This document shows, piece by piece, positions 58,513-64,000 of a DNA stretch of 64,000 nucleotides (position 1 is the first letter of the stretch; every line of letters begins with the position of its first letter). The position numbers and the translations under genes are program-made. Origin of the DNA: Bacillota bacterium. Lineage in GTDB: Bacteria > Bacillota > Dethiobacteria > DTU022. Under the pieces are notes generated by a model. It had not been told where the DNA came from, ran no database searches, and saw only the letters and a list, made by a program, of their open reading frames with translations. The stretch covers positions 21,821-85,820 of the forward strand of contig JAXHVH010000004.1 in NCBI GenBank assembly GCA_034189085.1, in the 5' to 3' direction.

Positions 58513-60108
58513 TTATTGCTTCGTTATTTTATGGCCGCTTTCCTCGGGAGAGCGGCTATCTGTTTTAAGCCGATTCTCCTTGTTCCTTGTTAATATTACT
58601 GCTGTCAGGGCTGCTGCGAGGAAAAGAGCCCACAATGCGGGGAAATAATCACCGTACCGGGTATAAAGGGTATCTCGTCTGGTTGTATCCAGATGAGTAA
58701 TAATGGTAGCTTCTTCCTGCTTCTTGGAGCGAAACAACTCTTTACCGCAGTAATCAAAGGAGATGGTGATTCCACTGTTGGCTACCTGGGTTACCCCGAT
58801 TCCCATTTCGGCAGCTCTTACTGCTGCTGCCTGAGCATGCAATTCAAGTGCTATTGATTTACCGAACCAGGCATCATTGGTTAAAACAAAGAGGTGCCTG
58901 CTGCCTGCAGCGGGAAAAAGGCGGGTATGATCTCCAAAATATGACTCGAAGCAGATTACCCCGCCAACCGGTGTTCCGTTGATATCAAAGAGGGTGATCT
59001 CTTCTCCTGCCGTATAACGGCCTAATAAAAGTTCAAGGTCCAGGATGCGGTTAAGAGTATTTTCAAAGGGAAAATATTCAACAAAGGGGACCAAACGATG
59101 TTTGTAATAAATGGGAGTTTCACCTGATCCCGGGTGAATAAGTGAAACAGCATTGTACAGGTCTTCCCCCTCTGTAACTCTTGCTCCATAAAGGAGCATC
59201 ACTCCCAGGTCTTCAGCCATCTGAAGCAGAGGCTCCGGGTGTTTGCGACTGCCGGTCATGTTTACCTCCACGACGGTTTCAGGCCAAACAGCCAGTTCTA
59301 TGTCGGGATCCGCTTCGAGAGCAGCTTCAGTTAAGGAAATATAACGTTGCACAATCATTTCTCGACCATGCTCAATTATTTCATCAGGTGAGCTGTTCCC
59401 CTGGATCAGAGCAACTGCAAGCGGGTCTCCTTTATCATCAATGGTCAAAGAAGAGGGCAAGATAAGGCCGCAGGCCATTACAATAAAGAAAATTATGACT
59501 ACAAGATAAAAACTGGCCTGTGTTTTTTTCTTTTGTGGGTAAAGAATAAGCAGGCTCTGGAACAGGACGATGACAAAGGGCAAGCCCCAGTAACCGTATA
59601 CTGCTGTCATTTTAAGGAGAGCCTGGTAATTCCACTGGCTGTACCCGAGATAACCAACATTGTAGGCAAGAAAACCGGCAGAGCGCAGGTACTCAACCAG
59701 GATCCACAGTGTGGGAAGAGCAAGGGCGGTCAGCCATACTTTGCCGTAGCGGTTGATCATGTTGGCTGCCAGACTGAAGAGCCCGTTGAAAAAGCTGATG
59801 TAAAGAACCAGCGCAATCATTAACACCAAAGCCAGGGAAAAGGGAAGGTAAGGGAACAGGACGTAGCTGAGATAATAATTCAGGTACAGATTAAGAGGCA
59901 GTCCAAATACCAGCCCGACCCAGAATGAACGCAGCGGAGTTTCACGCAGGGAAGCATTCAGCATTGGCAGAAGGGCAAACCAGGCTAAATAGCCCTGTTC
60001 GAATGGAGGGTATGCGCCGATCATCAGCAGGCCTGAAAGAAATGAGGAAATCAGATAGCTTTTGGTATCGCGCCTATCATTGTAAATCTGCCTCTCATAA
60101 AAGTGCAT
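58513..60108 (-). CDS. lnt: Apolipoprotein N-acyltransferase
   Basis: N-terminal polytopic region plus a C-terminal CN-hydrolase domain (AVWPETVV; catalytic Cys region VICFESYF). Confidence 0.75.
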   Translation of the reverse strand: MHFYERQIYNDRRDTKSYLISSFLSGLLMIGAYPPFEQGYLAWFALLPMLNASLRETPLRSFWVGLVFGLPLNLYLNYYLSYVLFPYLPFSLALVLMIALVLYISFFNGLFSLAANMINRYGKVWLTALALPTLWILVEYLRSAGFLAYNVGYLGYSQWNYQALLKMTAVYGYWGLPFVIVLFQSLLILYPQKKKTQASFYLVVIIFFIVMACGLILPSSLTIDDKGDPLAVALIQGNSSPDEIIEHGREMIVQRYISLTEAALEADPDIELAVWPETVVEVNMTGSRKHPEPLLQMAEDLGVMLLYGARVTEGEDLYNAVSLIHPGSGETPIYYKHRLVPFVEYFPFENTLNRILDLELLLGRYTAGEEITLFDINGTPVGGVICFESYFGDHTRLFPAAGSRHLFVLTNDAWFGKSIALELHAQAAAVRAAEMGIGVTQVANSGITISFDYCGKELFRSKKQEEATIITHLDTTRRDTLYTRYGDYFPALWALFLAAALTAVILTRNKENRLKTDSRSPEESGHKITKQ

Positions 60109-60304
60109 ATAAACCCTCCGCCGCCGTTTGCCCTTTCATGTTTAATGATCCCTGTTTACCACTTTATCACAGAGCAGCCCGGCTGGGAACAGCCAATCGG
60201 TGCGGCCATAGTCTTGACCGGCATTTTAAACAGTGATATAAGTATTTATGTAAATAATTAAGCAGTTTAATTATTGATTAGATGAAGTATCCAGGGAGAG
60301 AACA

Positions 60305-60775
60305 TTGAACGATCATGATGGCCTGATAGATTATATAAAAGAGCTCGATTTAACTTTCAGCCGGCTCGTGTACCGTGTCCGCGTATTGCATAGCCGTTAC
60401 ACGGTTGACGAAATTACCGACACTCAGTTCGTAGTATTGAGGACTCTTCGCAAGGGTCCCTGTAACACTTCATTCCTTGCCCGGATGCTGGGTGTAACAC
60501 TGAGTGCGGTTACAGCGTTAGTTAATCGCCTGCACAGGATGGGTCTTGTGGAACGCAGGAGGCGGGAGAAAGACCGCCGTCAGGTCAAAATTTCCATAAC
60601 GCCTGAAGGGTTGCAGGTGCTAAAAACCGTGGAAGAAAAACGTTATCTCCTGCTGGCTCTTTATCTTTCGCAAATATCTGAAGAAGAAAGACAGCAGCTG
60701 ATGGCCCTCCTGAAAAAAACAATCAATCTCTTCGAAAGAGAGAATATTTCAGTTGAAGATGCCAGTCGACAATAA
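60305..60775 (+). CDS. MarR-family transcriptional regulator
   Basis: Winged HTH FVVLRTLRKGPCNTSFLARMLGVTLSAVTALVNRLHRMGLVERRR. TTG start. Confidence 0.75.
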   Translation: MNDHDGLIDYIKELDLTFSRLVYRVRVLHSRYTVDEITDTQFVVLRTLRKGPCNTSFLARMLGVTLSAVTALVNRLHRMGLVERRRREKDRRQVKISITPEGLQVLKTVEEKRYLLLALYLSQISEEERQQLMALLKKTINLFERENISVEDASRQ

Positions 60776-60874
60776 GCCCCGGTTTGTTGAAATGACATTA
60801 GATCAATCAAAGAGGAAGGAATGACTGGAAGCATTCCTTCCTCTTCTGCTGGATACAGGTGATTTTGTTATCTT

Positions 60875-61822
60875 TTAATCTTTTTTAGTTTCTTCTATTC
60901 CCTGTTTCCGATGTGACAGCCTGCGGATAAGAAACCAGATCAACAGGGCAATTATGCCAATGACTACCAGGACGGGCAGCATGGCGGACAGGGCAATAAT
61001 AATATAAGAAAATGCATTGAGAATAAAATTGATGCTGGTGATGAAAGCTTCTCCTGTTTTTTCACCAAGGTTGTGAAAAACTCCGGGTGATATATTATCT
61101 GTTGAGACTGCTTCTTCACGCAGGCTCAGGTATATGGTGCCGTAAGTTACCTGGTCTTTCAGGTAGGTGAGCTGGGATGTCATTGATTCAATTTCGCCCC
61201 TGATCCGGGCCAGCTCTTTTTCAACTTCAAGCACTTCTTCAACATTTTCGGCCATTTCCAGGATTTCAACCAATCGTTCTTCCTGGGCTTTCTGGTTATT
61301 CAGGCGTGATTCGAGATCGATATATTGCATGGTTACATCATCCATGCCGGTCTGTGTATTGTTGACCTTTCCAAGTTCTTCGAGCTGTCTCATTACAACA
61401 TCAAAGCGATCTTCGGGGACACGCAGGGTCAGGTTTGCTGCGTATTGTCCTTCCCTGATTTCATAGATGTTTGAGTTGCTTATAATGCCCTCGACATCAG
61501 TGACAAGTTCACGCACTTTTTGAATGGTTTCCCTGGTGTCTTTTACAGAAAGCTCTATTGAACCATTCCGGATGATATGGCGGACAACACTTCCTGCACC
61601 GTCATCCTGGACTTTACGGGTATCAGGCACCCCGGCTTCTTCTGCATAATCCATGTCATATTCCGGTGCCATTTGCTCTTGTTCGCCGTAATCACCGGGG
61701 TATTCAGGCGAGGCGCTATCCGAACCTAACATACTCCCCGTCGTGCATGAAGTAAGTGTTGTCCCTGTTAGAAGAGCAAATATAACCAGTGCAATGATGA
61801 GCATAATCCGCTTGTTGTTCAT
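60875..61822 (-). CDS. DUF4349-like lipoprotein with coiled-coil and C-terminal TM anchor
   Basis: From the internal ATG (MNNKRIMLIIALVIF...LTSC lipobox). The central coiled coil and C-terminal TM match DUF4349 architecture. Confidence 0.5.
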   Translation of the reverse strand: MNNKRIMLIIALVIFALLTGTTLTSCTTGSMLGSDSASPEYPGDYGEQEQMAPEYDMDYAEEAGVPDTRKVQDDGAGSVVRHIIRNGSIELSVKDTRETIQKVRELVTDVEGIISNSNIYEIREGQYAANLTLRVPEDRFDVVMRQLEELGKVNNTQTGMDDVTMQYIDLESRLNNQKAQEERLVEILEMAENVEEVLEVEKELARIRGEIESMTSQLTYLKDQVTYGTIYLSLREEAVSTDNISPGVFHNLGEKTGEAFITSINFILNAFSYIIIALSAMLPVLVVIGIIALLIWFLIRRLSHRKQGIEETKKD

Positions 61823-61952
61823 ATTCCTTACCCCCTTTAATTGGATGACAAACCCGGGTGGTAATTGGTTCCTTCCTGAAAAATAAGTTAACACATGTGG
61901 ACAGGCTTGATAAAATTAACTTATTTGATAGTAGAAATGCAAAGAGGTTATT

Positions 61953-62372
61953 TCAAATAACCCGGTGGCCGAGCCCTATGGCTACGTCATTTCTGTGCAA
62001 TAAGCCAATGCCGAAAAAGATGGCTACTGCAATATGTGTGCCTCCTCTGGCAATCCCGACTTTCCCGCCGACATTGAGGCCGAGAGCTTTAGGCATGATT
62101 TGAACCAGTGCTTCGCGGGTTGCTCCAGCTACAGCTCCATCGGAATGACTTGATTCATCAATGATTTTTTCTCTTTTTGAGGCGACCACCGCTCTTTCCA
62201 CTACTTTTTGCAGGGAGCTTAAAAATTCACCACCGTAATCCACTGCCAGGGATTGGATACCCATTCCCATATATTTGATCTTTAATTCGTTTTCCACTTC
62301 CCTGGTTTTCGACATTGCCAGATTAATGGCAGCCTGAGCAACATCTCTGCTTTCCATCTTTTTTTCCCCCAT
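61953..62372 (-). CDS. Hypothetical protein, YbjQ/UPF0145-like (putative heavy-metal-binding domain) - tentative
   Basis: 139 aa. It shows weak pattern similarity to YbjQ (YGGEF...; Gly-rich GGKVGIARGG). Confidence 0.3.
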   Translation of the reverse strand: MGEKKMESRDVAQAAINLAMSKTREVENELKIKYMGMGIQSLAVDYGGEFLSSLQKVVERAVVASKREKIIDESSHSDGAVAGATREALVQIMPKALGLNVGGKVGIARGGTHIAVAIFFGIGLLHRNDVAIGLGHRVI

Positions 62373-62486
62373 TCTGCGGTGTTTCTTTCATTATCCTCTT
62401 AAACGGACATGGTCGCAAGCATAAAATGACCTGTTGAAAGTCATAATTTTGTTTTGTGTTATAATTATTATGGAGGAGAGTTTTTC

Positions 62487-63044
62487 ATGAAAGAAAAGTT
62501 TTGCAATGCCTGCGGGCGGGAGTTCAAATTGGGAGAAGCAACCATTAGCTGCAGCTTATGCATGCACAATTATCATGTTTCATGCTGGGAGAAAACAGGC
62601 GGTTGCCCTACCTGGGGTTGCCCTGGCAGACCTGTGCTGACAGGTGAAGAACAGTCCGCTCTTTATATGCGGTGTCCTCACTGCGACGAAAGTATTGTCA
62701 AATTTGCTGTAAGATGCCCTTATTGCAGAGGACAGTTGATACCCGATCAATCAGCAAAGGTGAAAAGATCCAAAGAAGTTCGCCCCCCTCAAAGGAGGAA
62801 CAGGAAAGATCCTATTCTTGCTGCCCTCCTGAACCTGATCTTCCCGGGAGCGGGTTACATGTACCTTGGTCTTTTTAGCAAGGGGCTTTTATGGTTCCTG
62901 GCGGCGGTTGCCGCCTGGTTTTTTACCCGCGGGCTGGGGTTGCTGGCAGTTTATGCCTGGGTTATCTATGATTCAAGCCGTCTTGCTGTTGCCATGAACC
63001 GCGGAGAAAATTCTTCCCACAGCAAAATCATGTTCCGTCCATAA
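62487..63044 (+). CDS. Zinc-ribbon + TM2-domain membrane protein
   Basis: Two CxxC pairs (CNACG...CSLC; CPHCD...CPYC), then the TM2 motif ILAALLNLIFPGAGYMYLG. GGAGGAG lies upstream of the ATG at 62487. Confidence 0.55.
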   Translation: MKEKFCNACGREFKLGEATISCSLCMHNYHVSCWEKTGGCPTWGCPGRPVLTGEEQSALYMRCPHCDESIVKFAVRCPYCRGQLIPDQSAKVKRSKEVRPPQRRNRKDPILAALLNLIFPGAGYMYLGLFSKGLLWFLAAVAAWFFTRGLGLLAVYAWVIYDSSRLAVAMNRGENSSHSKIMFRP

Positions 63045-63195
63045 ACAAGCTATCCCCAAAAATGAAAGACTATTATGGCAAATTCGATTTTTTGAAAAAT
63101 ATTTTGCCATTTGGACAGAATTTCGCATATTTGTGTTGAATGAAAAAATTGAGTAAGGCCTTAAATTGTTAACCTAACTTCCTACTATTTACTTC

Positions 63196-63220
63196 GCAGG
63201 GTTTGCGCCCTGTTTTTTTA
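63196..63220 (+). terminator. Intrinsic terminator (bidirectional position between TM2 gene and ecfT)
   Basis: Stem CAGGGT/GCCCTG, loop TTGC, then TTTTTTT. Confidence 0.5.
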
Positions 63221-63973
63221 TCTTAAATTAAGAGGGATCTGTCCTTTGCTGTAAAGAATGGTGCCATATATAAAAACCATGGTTGCCGCCGAAGTTAGGG
63301 CGATGACAAAATAGTCCCTTTTCTTCATGGTGATAGTTTTATAAGAGGTCCTTTCCGGATAAAGTCTGAAACCGCGCAGTTCGAGCAAAATTGAAAGCTG
63401 CTCTGCTTTCTGCAGAATACCGAAAACAAGCGGCGTAAATATTTCCATGTAAACTTTGAATACCTTTCTTTTGTATACTTTGCGAAGGTCTGCGCCGCGC
63501 ATCTGGATGGTATTGAAGGTGGCGCTCAATTCGCCAATCAGGATAGGGATAAATCTTATCCCCAACTGAATCATGAACACAATTTCATAGGGGATTTTCA
63601 TTTTGGACATGGCGAGCAGCAATTTGGCAGTATCGCAGGCAACCAGGATTAACCCGGCTCCAACCAGGATGATAAAACGCATAACAACCGCCAGTCCGTA
63701 AATCAGCCCATCAGTTGTAAGGAGATGAATCGTCCCAATTATTAGAAGGGGTGTTCCACTCCTCACAAACAGGCTCTGGATGATGATTAAGATCAGATAG
63801 AGGTAAAATAACTTTCTGAAGTCGTAAAATTTGCCCAGCGGTGTTTTTAAAAAGGCTAGAACCGGGAACAGAATGACCAGCAGGGTTCCCAGGATAACAG
63901 GATCCTGATAGACAATGGCCAGGACGGAAAAGATGGCTGCAATAAAAAGTTTGGTTCTAACATCGAGATCCAT
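63218..63973 (-). CDS. ecfT: ECF transporter T component (EcfT/CbiQ family)
   Basis: 251 aa polytopic protein with the CbiQ-family pattern. An upstream ORF on the same strand stops 4 nt before its ATG; it is presumably ecfA and is partial at the window edge. Confidence 0.75.
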   Translation of the reverse strand: MDLDVRTKLFIAAIFSVLAIVYQDPVILGTLLVILFPVLAFLKTPLGKFYDFRKLFYLYLILIIIQSLFVRSGTPLLIIGTIHLLTTDGLIYGLAVVMRFIILVGAGLILVACDTAKLLLAMSKMKIPYEIVFMIQLGIRFIPILIGELSATFNTIQMRGADLRKVYKRKVFKVYMEIFTPLVFGILQKAEQLSILLELRGFRLYPERTSYKTITMKKRDYFVIALTSAATMVFIYGTILYSKGQIPLNLR

Positions 63974-64000
63974 CGGCTACCACCTTTCCGTCGACCATTT

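Noticed and set aside
1-64000. tRNA/rRNA genes, CRISPR arrays, transposases/integrases, prophage genes
   Set aside because: Intergenic regions were scanned by eye. No T-loop GGTTCGA-type tRNA candidates were found outside coding regions, no regularly spaced direct repeats, and no recombinase-like ORFs.

Overview
This is a 64 kb chromosomal window at roughly 48% GC with dense, overlapping operons on both strands. The gene content (betaine, lysine-fermentation, FeoAB, QueG, radical SAM, corrinoid, Lnt) suggests an anaerobic Firmicutes/Clostridia-like organism; that is inference. No rRNA, tRNA, CRISPR array or transposase/integrase was seen.

The main theme is a corrinoid-dependent quaternary-amine (glycine-betaine-type) methyltransferase island with three non-pyrrolysine MttB-superfamily paralogs:
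- MttB 2995-4437 (-) sits divergent to a C69 Ntn-hydrolase.
- MttB 35969-37492 (+) is followed directly by a B12-binding corrinoid protein at 37555-38244.
- MttB 43066-44547 (+) lies at the end of a four-gene OpuC-type betaine ABC importer (38737-42274) with a stand-alone CBS-pair protein in between.
- A clear cobalamin riboswitch (about 6240-6400) with two tandem intrinsic terminators precedes cobO (corrinoid adenosyltransferase).

Other coherent modules:
- znuA-znuC-znuB-zur, the zinc ABC importer plus Zur.
- dtxR-feoA-feoB, with a 20-bp DtxR-type palindromic operator on the promoter.
- The MrfA/MrfB (YprA/YprB) helicase-exonuclease repair pair.
- A partial lysine-fermentation cluster, kdd then a class-III aminotransferase then kal then kce, which carries both the lyase and the transaminase route.
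- mnmG and nadE; tatA-tatA-tatC; a MobA-like plus CofE-like pair; lnt; and an ECF-transporter T component at the right edge.

The least-understood part is a three-gene surface module at 15098-19343: a lipoprotein built from four internal repeats of about 75 aa, then two tandem paralogous parallel-beta-helix membrane proteins, the first with a cytoplasmic zinc ribbon. Several start codons look non-canonical or mis-called by the ORF track; the clearest is GalU, whose conserved N-terminal motif is encoded upstream of the first ATG.
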